A stretch of 64,000 bases of DNA. Source: Octopus sinensis. Lineage: Eukaryota. The position numbers and the translations under genes were made by a program. The notes beneath the pieces were generated by a model. The model saw only the letters and a program-made list of their open reading frames with translations, had not been told where the DNA came from and made no database searches. The DNA is taken from assembly GCF_006345805.1 (NCBI RefSeq), contig NC_043007.1, forward strand, positions 55,242,001 through 55,306,000. Reading direction: 5' to 3'. Shown piece by piece: positions 51,340 through 63,150 of the stretch (the stretch's first letter is position 1; each line of letters opens with the position of its first letter).

Positions 51340-52964
51340 TACACTATGACTTTAGAAAAATATTTTCAGCATGAAATACACACAATATAAATGTTAACAT
51401 ATTGATTCAAATTCTCTATATATTTAATGACGAACCATGTAATCCACACACTGGAAAACGTATTTCTGTAAAATGTTGGGAGTGTGTGATATTTCCGAGT
51501 TTTCCACCCCACCGTATCCCGTTTTCCGGACCCAAAAAAAAGGCTTTGTGGTATATTAGGAGGGCACTGTAATTCATTCAACAAAGAAAAAAGAAAGGAT
51601 TCCAATGAGGAGGAGGGTTCGAACAATAATAAGGGGTTTGCCGCACATTTGGAAGCCAGGGTACTTGATCCGTGGTTAAGATCTGAGTAATTTTTTTCTC
51701 AGTGAAAATCGTGTGGGTAAAAGTATCTAAATTTACCGTGGAGTTGACGTAGAAATTCCAAGCGACAATGTAACCTTCCTTTCATTAAGATAATCTCAAC
51801 CTCAATATTAATTACGTTGAGCACATCTCGTTGCATAACTATTACATCAAGAGCTTCAGCTACTGTTCCCAATTATGATCGTCAGATAACATCAAACTAA
51901 AGGCAGGGCAATATAACGCTTTTAAACCAAACAGATTGCCTCAATGCAATAGATGAGCTACTGGGAGTGACTAAAGGAATTGAGGTTCTACTCCCTAAAG
52001 CGAATACACGATATGCAGTGATAAACATACACACGTATTCACACACACACACACACACACACACATGCACATCCACACGCGCACACACACGGGCGCGCAC
52101 ATACACACACGTACACACAAATGGAAGTTCCTGGTGGTTCTAGTGTCTTACTGTATGATTGAAAGCTATATCAACCCTAGAACTGGATGCCACTTCATAG
52201 TATCGATGGTCTCATTCTTTCCATCTAGAGTAAAGACCTAATACTTTAACAGCTTAGGGTTCAAAGCCCCACGGCTTTTCTGTACCTTACTAGAATCCTC
52301 ATAGATCTTCGAGGTGTTAATGTATCCACAACATGGATATTGGTGTATTTAGAAAGCACTTAATGCACATTCATATTTGAGATATCAGATGAATCAATAT
52401 CACGGTAAGAAACGCAAACATTACCTTTCTCCTTTATGGAGCGCACACCTTCTGTTGCCGCTGGTATAGGGCTTACTACTTTTTCGAGCCATCTAGTTGA
52501 TTGTTGGTGGACTGCTCTTTTAAATCCTATATATTGCTAGAAAGCACTTAGCTGTTGCATTTGTTAATTTATTTAACTCATTTTTTATATACTTTTAATT
52601 CTTTAATTCTCTATTTTTTAATCTTTAGTAATTCAAAGTTTTAAAAATTTCATATTTTAATTTAAATTATTAATGTTTCAATTCTTAATTTTTAATTTAT
52701 AATTAATTAATTAATTATTTTTATTTATGCTTTTAATTCTTAATTTTTTACTTTTTAAAATTTTATTTTAAATATATGTTTTATTTTAACCTTTCTAAAT
52801 TCAACTTTCACGCATGTATAACGGTTACTTGATCAAAATCTTATAATTAAGCCAAGCAGAGATCCCCTTGAAAAGGTAAATGGTGTGGTGACATACTGGT
52901 AGTACTTTTCCCTGTAAGAGACACACACAACACCTGATGAATGGTGGTCGAAAATCGGATGAAC

Positions 52965-53146
52965 CTGTTCTATATTTAAGAGATGAGGAATTATGTACAT
53001 TATTTACACTATTTACATTTGACGGATATTTGTCCTCATCTTGTTTGTCGTTAACACAACGCTTCGGCTGATATACCCTCTAGCCTTAATCAGGTGTCTT
53101 GGGGGAAATTTCGAACCTGGGTTCTCATTCCTAAGGTACTTTTCGA

Positions 53147-53148
<2 letters not shown>
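52965..53148 (-). mobile_element. 3' half of tRNA-derived SINE family B (split by the R4/Dong insertions)
   Basis: Reverse complement follows (TAA)n: aacatcgaaaagtaccttaggaatgagaacccaggttcgaaatttcccccaagacacctgattaaggctagagggtatatcagccgaagcg...cataattcctcatctcttaaatatagaac. The pairing with the head at 57093-57167 relies on a recalled consensus. Confidence 0.65.
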
Positions 53149-53227
<79 letters not shown>

Positions 53228-53494
53228 GTGTTTTCCTTCTTTCTTCAAATTTTCTTCCGCTTCTCACCGAGTGTATTCCATACACCTAGGGCAGAGAAGC
53301 TCAGATTACTCACGCAAATTCACAGATAAAATATGCATCTAAAAATTAATAAATAAATAAATTCATGGATGGATGTTGTTTTCACAGCGATAATGCTCTT
53401 CTCAGTACATGAGCCGTTCCAGTTAATACGATTTTTTGCACTTCCTGTAGGGAAGCCTGGAATCATTTTCAAATAGGTTTCAGTACCTATTTTT
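53228..53494 (-). mobile_element. Short 3' fragment of an R4/Dong-like LINE with (TAA)n tail
   Basis: GMIKIGTETYLKMIPG...VLTGTAHVLRRALSL* parallels the end of ORF 53749-54966. It has its own 3'UTR and (TTA)n on both sides. Confidence 0.8.
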
Positions 53495-53513
53495 ATCATT
53501 CCTATTATTATTA

Positions 53514-53580
<67 letters not shown>

Positions 53581-53748
53581 TTTTTTTTCTTCTTTCAAAT
53601 TTTCTTCCATTTCTTGCCGAGTGTCTTCCCGACTCCTAGGGCAAAGAAACTCATAGTGTATATTGGTAGGCCATTAAACCAAACTCAGTAGTTCGTTCAT
53701 TTTTTTTTTTTTTAAAGTTAAATTAAAATACATGAGCAGCAACAGTTC

Positions 53749-55029
53749 TCACATCGACAATGCTCTTCTCAATACGTGTGATGTACCAGTTAAGACAAGT
53801 TTTTGCACTTCTTGCAGGGATGGTAAGCCAGGGATCATTCTCATATAATTTTCGGTTCCCTTCTTGATCATTCCTAGTGCTCCTACGATCACTGGTATTG
53901 TAACCGCCTTGAGATGCCACATTTTCTCAATTTCAATGAGTAGGTCTTTATATTTTCTGAGCTTGTCAAACTCTTTCGCTGAGATATTATGATCACAGGG
54001 GATGCTCATGCCGATCAATAAGCAAACTTTATTGTTTTGGTCTTTCACAACAATATCTGGTTTATTGGCCTTGGTGGTTCGGTCTGTATGTACTGGAAAG
54101 TCCCACAGAATGGTTACATTTTCTCCTTCAGTTACAGCCTCAGGGTGGTGATTATACCACTTGTCGGCAGTTTTGATATTGTAATGCCGACTTATTAGCC
54201 AGTGGAGATATTGGCCAACTCTGTCATGTCTTAATTTATACTCCACTGGTGCTAATACTTTACATCCAGAGATTAGGTGGTCCACTGTTTCAATCATGTC
54301 GTTGCAGAATCGGCATTTTGGGTCTGCTCCATTTTTCATCACATTGGCCTGGTAGTTCCGGGTTAATAGGCTTTGGTCTTGAGCAGCCAGGATGAAACCT
54401 TCGCTCTCTGCTTTTAGCCCTGAGCTCCGCAGCCACTGATGGGTTTGCTTCTGGTCAACATCAGCTTGTTTGCTGCGGGTCACATATTTGCCGTGCAGAG
54501 GTTTCTCTTCCCACCTATCAGCCAATTGCTCGTGCGCTTTTTTCATTGCCATCATTTTCACCTTCTTTGCAACAATAGTTGCCGTATTTCCCTCGGGTTG
54601 TTCAGTTTGGGTATCCTGCACGAGATCAATAGCAAATTTTTTGCTTTCCTTGATGATAGAATGAAGCTTCTTTCGTCTCTCGTGATTTTCCACGAGCTTT
54701 AGCATCCAGTCATTCGATATTTCGAGATATTTGGCCAGTCCAATTGTGGTCGTTTTGTAAGCTAGTTCAAATTGGATCAGGCCTCGACCTCCTTGGGTTC
54801 TGGGAAGGTAAAGGCGATCTACGTCTGCCTTTGGGTGGTGCATCCTATTACAACCCAGCAGCTTGCGTATTTTTCTATCTATATTCTTTACTTCACTCAT
54901 ATTCCAGTTCAACACATTGTAGCTATAAGTAACAACTGGAACTGCTAAGTAATTTATAGCTAACACCTTGTTACGTGCATTTAGTTCAGATTTCAGGACT
55001 GCACGAACTCTCCTATAACATTCCTTCCT
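53749..55029 (-). pseudogene. R4/Dong ORF, C-terminal half: end of RT, CCHC finger, restriction-like endonuclease
   Basis: LHGKY, EGFILAAQDQSLLTRNY, CRFCNDMIETVDHLISGC, RHD, ILWD, KPDIVV..D....CLLIGMSIP (the expected second acidic residue is G), KLRKYKDL, IVGALG. Confidence 0.9.
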
Positions 55030-57048
55030 TTAGAAATAACAGACTCACAGACAGTGAAATAAGCGCGATCAAGCACGCAACGGAAAATGACATAAATATA
55101 AGACACAAAGGAAATGAAGAATCAGATGAACAGTATAGCCCGCCACGAGGCTTAATTGAAAGACTGCCATCTGACCAAAGTACGCAAAGGCCTGAAGATA
55201 CAAGAAATTCTATTGTACCAGTTAAAGACAGCCAGGAAAACGAAAAAACAACAGTAACTGAAGATCTCGCATTTGCTGAAGAACACAGAGAGTCTATGGC
55301 AGAAATGAGGCAGAAAATCCTGAATACGCTTGAAGTTGTAAGACATACAAGTATGAATGATAGAGAACCGCTTCATAAACTCTCAAATACAAACCAAAAT
55401 AAAAAACAAATCCAAATTGGCAACTATGTAACAAATGAAATAATACGAGAATTAAAACCTGATTTTACTGAGTTAAATGAAATTATTTACGCTTCTGCTA
55501 GGGCAATTGAAACCAGCTGTATGCCCCCGAAAAAACAAAGAAAACAAAACCTGGGAAGAAATCAAACCTGGAGAAGTAAAATTGAAACAGAGATTGAATT
55601 TATGAGAGGGGAAATATCAATATTAAATGAACTAATATGTGGAAATGATGTAAGATCCAGAACAGGAAGAAAGATGAAGAGAAAATTTGGATCCTCACCA
55701 AGAGAAGAACTGATATCAATAAAAGAAACGCTGAAACAAAAAGTCCAAGCAAAAGCCCAAAGAATACGAAGATTTGAGAAGAGAAACAAGTTTTACAAGC
55801 AAAATAAGCTGTTCACATCCAATGCCAAAAAATTCTACAGAGAAATAGGGAAGGAGAAAGTAACCGTTAAAGACCCCCCTCCCATGGAAGAAGTTCAACA
55901 CTTTTTGAAAAGGATTTGGAGTGACAAGAAGACGTACAACATAAATGCAGACTGGATTATACAAACTGAAGGATCCTACCAAAATTTACAACAAGCATGG
56001 GAAGACATCACAATAGCAGACCTAAGAAAGGCACTCACGAAGGCCCATAATTGGAAATCCCCCGGTAAAGATAGGGTGCCGAATTTCTGGCTCGCATCGC
56101 TCCCGTGCGCACACGGTAAGCTAGTTCAGCTGCTCAATGGAATTATGAGAGACCCAAAGAAAACACCTGAATGGTTAGCAAGTGGCATTACTTACCTACT
56201 CCCAAAGAATAACGAAACCAACCTTCCAAAAAACTATCGGCCTATAACCTGTCTATCCACCACGTATAAAATCCTAACATCTATCCTGGCGGAGAAAACA
56301 TATGCATTCATGGAGAAGAACGATATTTTCCCCATTGAACAAAAAGGGTGCCGCCGAGGCTCTTACGGATGCAAAGATCAACTGCTAATCAATCGTATGA
56401 TCCTTGAGAACTGTCACAACAAGCGCAGAAATCTCAGCACCGCATGGATTGACTATAAAAAGGCCTTCGACAGTATACCGCATCCATGGATCTTGAGATC
56501 GCTGGACATCTTCAAAATTTCCCCTGTGATTTCAAACTTCCTGAAGCACAATATGTCGTTGTGGAATACGAATCTCCAATCATACCACTCTAATGGAGTA
56601 CTTGCCTCAGAAAATATAAACATCAACTGTGGAATTTTTCAAGGTGACTCACTTTCACCTTTAATATTCTGCATAGCCCTAATACCCCTTACAAGTGAAT
56701 TAAACAGAACAGGGTATGGGTATAAAATTGCCAATAAAAAAATAAGCCATCTATTTTATATGGATGACTTAAAACTTTATGGTAAAGACAATAATGAACT
56801 TGAAGGCCAATTGCGCACCGTGAAAGCATTCAGCGATGACATCGGGATGGAGTTTGGACTTGAGAAGTGTGCCAAGGCCACTTTCCAGAAAGGGAAAGTG
56901 AAGACCACAAATTCAGTCGTGTTAGATGTTGACACAGTCATAAGAGAGCTTGAGCAAGAACAAACATACAAATATTTAGGGATAAATGAAGGCTCTGGTA
57001 TTCAGCATGCAAGCATGAAAGAGAAAATCAGGAAGGAATGTTATAGGA

Positions 57049-57049
<1 letters not shown>
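55030..57049 (+). pseudogene. R4/Dong ORF, N-terminal/RT half (inverted segment, open for ~670 codons)
   Basis: WKSPGKD, NYRPITCLSTTYK, EQKGCRRGSYGCKDQLLI, WIDYKKAFDSIPH, GIFQGDSLSPLIF, FYMDDLKLY, FGLEKCA, YKYLG. Confidence 0.92.
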
Positions 57050-57092
<43 letters not shown>

Positions 57093-57094
<2 letters not shown>

Positions 57095-57167
57095 CGGTCA
57101 CTGCCCGGAATCGAAGTCGGAATCCTGGGGCTAGTAGCCCGCGCTCTTAACCACTAGGCCATATGCC
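57093..57167 (-). mobile_element. tRNA-like head (5' half) of SINE family B
   Basis: ggcatatggcctagtggttaagagcgcgggctactagccccaggattccgacttcgattccgggcagtgaccgg, followed by (TAA)n; A box TGGCCTAGTGG, B-box-like cttcgattcc. Confidence 0.8.
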
Positions 57168-57181
57168 TGTAGTTAGAAGTT

Positions 57182-57295
57182 ATGTCCCTTGATTGGGTTC
57201 GTTGTAAATCTGGTAAGAGTTATCTTGAAGTGTTTTCCCACAAACACTTCAAAATAACTTTTATCGGTTTTACGGCGTATCCAATCAAGGGACGT
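57182..57295 (+). other. Long imperfect hairpin (54-bp stem, 6-nt loop)
   Basis: Arms 57182-57235 and 57242-57295. Of 10 non-Watson-Crick positions, 7 are G.U wobbles on the plus strand. Confidence 0.85.
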
Positions 57296-57532
57296 GATTC
57301 CTAACCTAATCCTCTACTCTTTTTCGTTTCACCATCTTTTTCACAGCAACCGCAAAGCGGATTTGTCGATTCACTTCCGACAATAGAGAACAGTCTCTAT
57401 ATTCCTTTCCATATCGGCTAACTCTGATGAATATAAGGTTATATAATCGGTTTGTTACCTAACACTCCATTGTATTCGGGAAATTGATTGGTAAGATCAG
57501 TCGTGATGGATATATAATACTGTACATTTCGG

Positions 57533-57592
<60 letters not shown>

Positions 57593-57593
<1 letters not shown>

Positions 57594-58020
57594 GTGATGC
57601 ATATATGCCATTTGAATATGGCTAACCCAAAAGGGTGGATGCTACTGTAGTTTGTAGCCCCAGGAGGACACCTCCTCCCGCTGGCTATAGACACACTATC
57701 TGTGTCCTGTCAGTATTTGTGAAGGGGCGTCATCCTCCCCGTCTTCAACACATGATACACACAGGACACAGATAGTGTGTCTATAGCCAGCGGGAGGAGG
57801 TGTCCTCCTGGGGCTACAAACTACAGTAGCATCCACCCTTTTGGGTTAGCCATATTCAAATGGCATATATGCATCACGTTGTGTTACCGCTACTGTTTAT
57901 AACTCGCTCTGAGATTTATCATTGCTTGATTTCACTTTTATATATCAGTGTCATATCGACACTGGAAAAAGTATATGTATTTGTGAAGGAATCTGAATTC
58001 TCGTCGACAACCATGATTGT
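57593..58020. repeat. Head-to-head partial copies of a ~352-bp hammerhead-bearing unit (minus 57593-57762; plus 57761-58020)
   Basis: Both copies match 63211-63426; 2-nt (ac) microhomology at the junction; (TA)n on the left. Confidence 0.9.
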
Positions 58021-58247
58021 TATTCGTCTAGGGACCCCTCTTTCATCTGCGTTTTGAGAATTTTGCTGCCTTTTTGTTGAGTGAGTTCGTATTTTTTGTT
58101 CGTCGTTGTTTGTGTTACTCGTGAATTGAACAGTTGTCCGTTGTGTAACAGTAATTTTCGCCCTACGGGGCTGAAAATTCTGTGTTTAAACATTGTCATT
58201 ACCTTCGAGGTAATTGTTTTGAAACATTTGCTCTCATAATTTGAGAA

Positions 58248-59596
58248 ATGGAGTTCGACTTGGCGTCGAGGAGTGACTTTCCCGTGATGGGAAAAGGTGA
58301 ACAAAAGGATACCGAAGTCAAAAAACAGTCTTTTTCGGCCGCAGTGGGCGGAACCGTAACGGATGTAGAATTCAAGATTGAACAGTTATTCGAATACCGG
58401 AACTTGGTAAAAACCGAAGGCAATGAAATTAAACTGGTACCGCCGCGAGCGAAGGTACAGGAAATACAGGCAAAGACAGTTGTATACAAAGTTTATAGCA
58501 ACAAAGAAAAAAAAATAATGGATGTCAAGAACGAGATAGTAGAAAAGTGCTTGTCCCCGGTGTGGAACAAAATTCGCCACGTTGTTCGAGGTGCTCGCAG
58601 CGCTACCGTTGAAGCACATTTCGACTCGGCTGATGTGGCAAGAGAGGTGTCATCAATGACCTTGAAAACTGAGGATATCATGTTGCTACCTTCGTATATG
58701 GGAAAAAGAACAGCCAAACTACATGTAGAGGATATACCAAGAGGGTATGATGTAGTTTCAATTCTGCAGATGAGAAGGAAAGAGGAGGTGCACTGGAAAG
58801 GACAAGCGCTAGAACTCCTCGTTCAAGCAGAAAATAAGATACTAGAAAACTTACCCGATAGGGTATTTAATGAGGAGGGAACTTCAATGAGAGTGTCAGT
58901 GGAGGGGCGCAGACCTAGGTGCTTCAAATGTGGCGAAAAGGGTCACGTCCGCTCAAACTGCATAAAAAAAAAAAGAAAATCAACGAAGCCCCTCCTCAAA
59001 GTGCTTCAAACACTGAAAAAGAAAAGGCGGAAAAAGAACCCAAGACTGCGACAAGGAAAGGAACCGAAACGGAAGATGAAAATGAACAGATGGAATATAC
59101 ACAGGTGACACACAAAAGAAAAAAAGATAACACCCTGGACTCCCCTCCCCAAACAAAGAAAAAATCAGCAAACACCGCAGAGATACATACAAAACAAATT
59201 CCTCAGCCCTACCCCCACGGCACTTTATTCATTGGAACACAGTTCGCCAAAACCCTCCCCATAAAACAAGATTTGAAAAAATTGATAAAAAAAAATGAAA
59301 AGATTATAGCATTTGACGAGAAGAACGATGGGGTGTACAAGTATTTCAAATTTTCAAAATTTAAACTATTCAGTAAGTCTACAGACACAAAATCAACCAC
59401 TCGCTTTGCAAAAATAAAGGAAGACGAGTGGAAGGAAAAAACACTACAAGAACATTTAAAGAATAATCTTATCAGAGATGTAACGAATGAAATACTGGAG
59501 GGCAAACTTATTATAACCCCTGCAGCTACGACCACAAGGGAGGAAGAAGGGGAAGCAGGCAGATTTAAACTGTCATGCTCCCTGTCCCAACCGTAA
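58248..59596 (+). CDS. LINE ORF1 (gag-like, CCHC zinc knuckle), one frameshift in the A-run at ~58970
   Basis: ORFs 58248-59108 and 58919-59596; VSVEGRRPRCFKCGEKGHVRSNC followed by a Lys/Glu-rich tail. Confidence 0.82.
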
Positions 59597-59619
59597 GTTT
59601 ATTTTTTCTCTCTCCGACA

Positions 59620-62600
59620 ATGGCAAAGCTGGGTTGTGTGAATGTGCGTGGAATGGGGTCGAAATGGAAACAAATTTGTTTCCTGAACGACCTCACGACA
59701 CACGGAGTGGATGTAGCTATTGTAACCGAGTCCAAGATGAACGGGGCCCAAGCGTTCTCGCCTCTTCTAAATGGTTTCGAGAAATTTATTTCTCCTAGCC
59801 GAGGAAGAGGAAGAGGCGTGGCAGTCCTTATCAGGAAGAGCTTGGACTTGCAGGTAAGTACTGTCTTTCTGGACCCAGAAGGCAGGCTGGTCGTTCTGGA
59901 TGTGACCCACGTAAGTAAACAGTCCTTCAGGTTGGTAGCTGTCTACGCTTCGAATGAGTGTAGACAGGCGGGTTTTTTTCGGAATCTGGAGCACTTTTTA
60001 GCGATGTCGAAAACGGTAGTCTTAGTAGGGGACTTTAACACTGTCCTTGAAGCGCGGGTCGACAGTGTTGGCTCAACCAATAGGAAGGGGAACCCTAGCC
60101 TCAAGGGTCTACTAGAGAGCTTTGATCTAGTGGACCGTTATCGACTGGATGAGCCGAGCGTTCCACAGTGGACGTGGAGTAACAACGACGGGTCACACAG
60201 ATCGTATATAGATAGGATATTCGTTAGGAAAAGAGATAAGGATACGTTTAGTTGTCCACAGTTTCACATTGTGCCTTACACGGATCACAAATTTGTGACT
60301 TGTAGGGTGCAATTAGATAAGTGCCATAGACAGGGACCCGGGTACTGGAAGCTGAACAAGTCTATTTTGAATTGTGAAGACTTCCGTACCCGGATTAAGG
60401 TGTTAGTACAGAGGGCATTGTGTGGCACCATCATTAACAATAGATGGTGGCACTCCCTCAAAAGAGCCATTCGTTCGGAGTCCATTAGATTTAGCAATCA
60501 GCTAAGGTTAGATAGGTCTAGGATAGAGGACGATTTAGTTAAGAATCTAAACGAGGCAATGGAAGCTGGCTCTGTATCCGGAGTGATGGCGGCAAGGACG
60601 GTATTGTACCGTCACCTTAACTCCAAACACGAAGGTTGCAGAGTTAGAGCTAAGCTACGCGCTGGGAAACGAGAAGGTATTAACGTTGCCGGATGGGCCC
60701 GTCGAATGGAGAGTCAGAGAGGTAACAAAGCTTCAATCAAGTCTTTAACTGACGAACAGGGACAAAAGATCTATCGACAGGAGGAGATGCAAAAGTTTCT
60801 TCACCAGCATTTCGCCCGCGCGTTTGGGGGTGGTGTGACGCAGGAGCGGGGGAGGGCCTTAAAGGACTTCCTAGCCGGCGGACCGCGGCTCTCGGGGCGT
60901 GAGGTGGAGTGCTGTGAAGAAGCGATCACTCCCGCGGAGATAGAGGGGACACTGGCCGGATGCGCCGGGGAGAAGTCGCCGGGGTTGGATGGTCTGCTCT
61001 ACGAGTTTTACCAAAGTATGCCGGACTTGTTCGGGGGAATATTGGCAGACGTCTACGCGAACTGGCAGCAGAATGGGAGAATTCCCAGTTCTGTAAGCCG
61101 GGGAGTGGTGACGCTAATCCAGAAAGACCCGAGCAAGGGGGATAACATTAGTAATTACAGGCCCATAACTCTACTTAATGTAGAGTTAAAGATTTTGGCC
61201 AAGGTGTTGGCAAAAAGGTTGACGATTGTCGTGGAGAAACTTGTAGGGAAAGCACAGACATGTGCAATTCCAGGCAGGTCGATCCAGGACAATCTTCACC
61301 TTATACGCTATACCTTAGATAGGGTGGGTAAATTAACCGGCAAGGGCGGGGTAATGGTCCATTTAGACCAAAGTAAAGCGTTCGATAGGGTAGACCATAA
61401 GTATCTGGCGACGGTCCTCGAAGCGGCTGGACTGGGCCCTGAATTTCGCGGGTGGATCTCCGCTATGTATAGCGGCATCAAGTCCACCGTCCAGATAAAC
61501 GGTTACCTAACGGAACCGTTTTCGATCGAATGTTCAGTTCGTCAAGGGTGCCCCTTGTCACCACTTTTGTACGTGTTGGCTCTCGAGCCATTGCTGCGAA
61601 AGTTGGAGAGGCTGGGAAGTAACCCGGATGAGATCGGAAGTGGGAGGACGGTTACTGCTTATGCGGATGATGTCACCCCTCATCGTGTCCAATGAGGCCC
61701 AGCTACCTTGTGTAGAAGATGCTATCAGAGGATACGAGGCGGTGACAGGAGCAAGGGTTAACAAGGACAAGTCGGTTGGCTTGCGCCTCGGCACCTGGAG
61801 GAGCAAGTCGATATCGTCCAGTGTCGTGGGACACTGGACGGATGGTCCTGTTAAGTTGCTAGGAGTTTGGTTTGGGTCAGACTCCCAAACGGAGAGGAAT
61901 TGGAGTGAGGTGACGGACAAGGTGGAGGCCATAGTACGGACCTGGTCCGGAAGGTCTCTGTCCTTGAAAGGAAGGGCGGAGGTGGCACAGATGTTCATTG
62001 CATCTGTAATCACTTACCGCCTGATCGCTGTCCCTTGCCCCGATTCATGGCTTAGCAAGTTGGAACGAATCTTTTTCCGCTTTTTGTGGAAGGGAGGAAA
62101 GCCACTTGTGAGGCGCTCCGTTTGCTGCCATGAACCGTTAAAGGGTGGGTTAGGAATGCCTTGGTTGATGATGCGCAGGCATGCGTTGAGGCTTCTGACT
62201 TTATGGCAAAAGGAGTGCCGACAAGCACTCACGCTGATCCACAAGGCGGGCAAGGCCGGCTGCGGAAATACCACCTCGGTATTTTATAGCAGGCTGGTAG
62301 AGGCAAAGAACGACGACGTCCTAGGAGGGGCTCTGAGGTTTGACGAAGACCAGCTTACCAACCTGTTTAAAAAGACTTTCAGGACGGGGTATTTGGATAA
62401 CTTCCAAAGATCCCTGGCCTGGCAGTGTTATAGGAATGCTTTACCTGTTCGCGAGAAGTTATCGCGGCACGGAATTTCAGTACCACCGACGTGTCCAAGA
62501 TGCGGGTTGAACGATGAAACCGTCCAGCACGCTTTTGTACACTGTCGGAAGTTGTCAGACTTGATAAGTTACGCAGAACACGTGTTATCGCATCTGGGAC

Positions 62601-62893
62601 GAGTACAGCTGTCGGCTAAGTCTATGATTAAGATGATACCGCCAACTGGACTCTCGAAGGAAGGTGAGGCATGTTTTCACTGCACGGTTGCAGTAGTAAA
62701 AGAATGCATGTGGCGTACAAGAATGGAAGGAGTCGCAATAGGATCCTTTGTCTCAGGCCCCGGCTTGCTCACTTACTTCAGATATCATCTGAAGAGCAAA
62801 ATGGGGCTGGAAAAGAAGATCTTTCCACGAGGTGTGTATGAAAAAAGATGGAAGGAAGTGGCAAAAAAGGTGGGTGTCAGAAACCCAGCTTAA
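59620..62893 (+). CDS. LINE ORF2: APE endonuclease + reverse transcriptase + C-terminal Zn motif, one frameshift at ~61675
   Basis: MAKLGCVNVRG, VAIVTES, GDFN, SYIDRIF, TDH; KSPGLDG, NYRPITLLN, LDQSKAFDRV, RQGCPLSPLLY, YADDV; CPRCGLNDETVQHAFVHC. The frameshift lies in a C-run (gtcacccctcatc). Confidence 0.9.
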
Positions 62894-63150
62894 CTATGGA
62901 TGGAGGAGAGGAAAGAAAAGCTGCGGGGCCTTATAGGTTGCCGGGGTTTAAAATATATCGGTAAGATCTCAAGCTATGTAATGTTGTAATGCTCTATTAG
63001 TCAATGCAAAGGACCATTTAAATACAAATTTTGTATAAGGAATAATCCATATATTATGGAAAATTTTTAATCGAACCACTTAACTGTTTTTTGTATGTAT
63101 GTCCTGTATTGTCCTTCTATGTAATGATTTTATGATCGTAATAAAGAAAT

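Larger units (their letters stand above)
49845..51630. mobile_element. Foldback/MITE-like element with ~300-bp diverged inverted arms and a central (TA)n that hosts two SINEs
   Basis: 49975-50135 (ccactcccaacattttacaaaaatacgttttccagtgtgtggattacatggttcgtcattaaatatatagagaatttg...) is the reverse complement of 51335-51490. The outer parts are more diverged. Confidence 0.7.
53579..57049 (-). mobile_element. R4/Dong-like RLE LINE with a 5' inversion, inserted in (TAA)n
   Basis: The 3' part 53579-55029 is on the minus strand and the RT-containing part 55030-57049 is on the plus strand. The 20-nt aggaaggaatgttataggag is present at both breakpoints; (TTA)n flanks. Confidence 0.9.
58021..63150 (+). 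mobile_element. Apparently full-length Tx1/L1-clade LINE (5.13 kb) with a 20-bp TSD
   Basis: tcgtcgacaaccatgattgt at 58001-58020 and 63151-63170; 5'UTR, ORF1, ORF2, 3'UTR ending in ataaagaaat. Confidence 0.92.

Noticed and set aside
52130-52560. Possible decayed LINE ORF1 on the minus strand
   Set aside because: Many stops and no diagnostic motif.
54000-54030. D-to-G change in the RLE active site as a fixed A-to-I editing event
   Set aside because: A single A>G substitution cannot be distinguished from ordinary mutation.
57093-57167. tRNA gene
   Set aside because: No convincing acceptor stem or cloverleaf, and it runs into (TAA)n; treated as a SINE head. The same applies to the family A heads.
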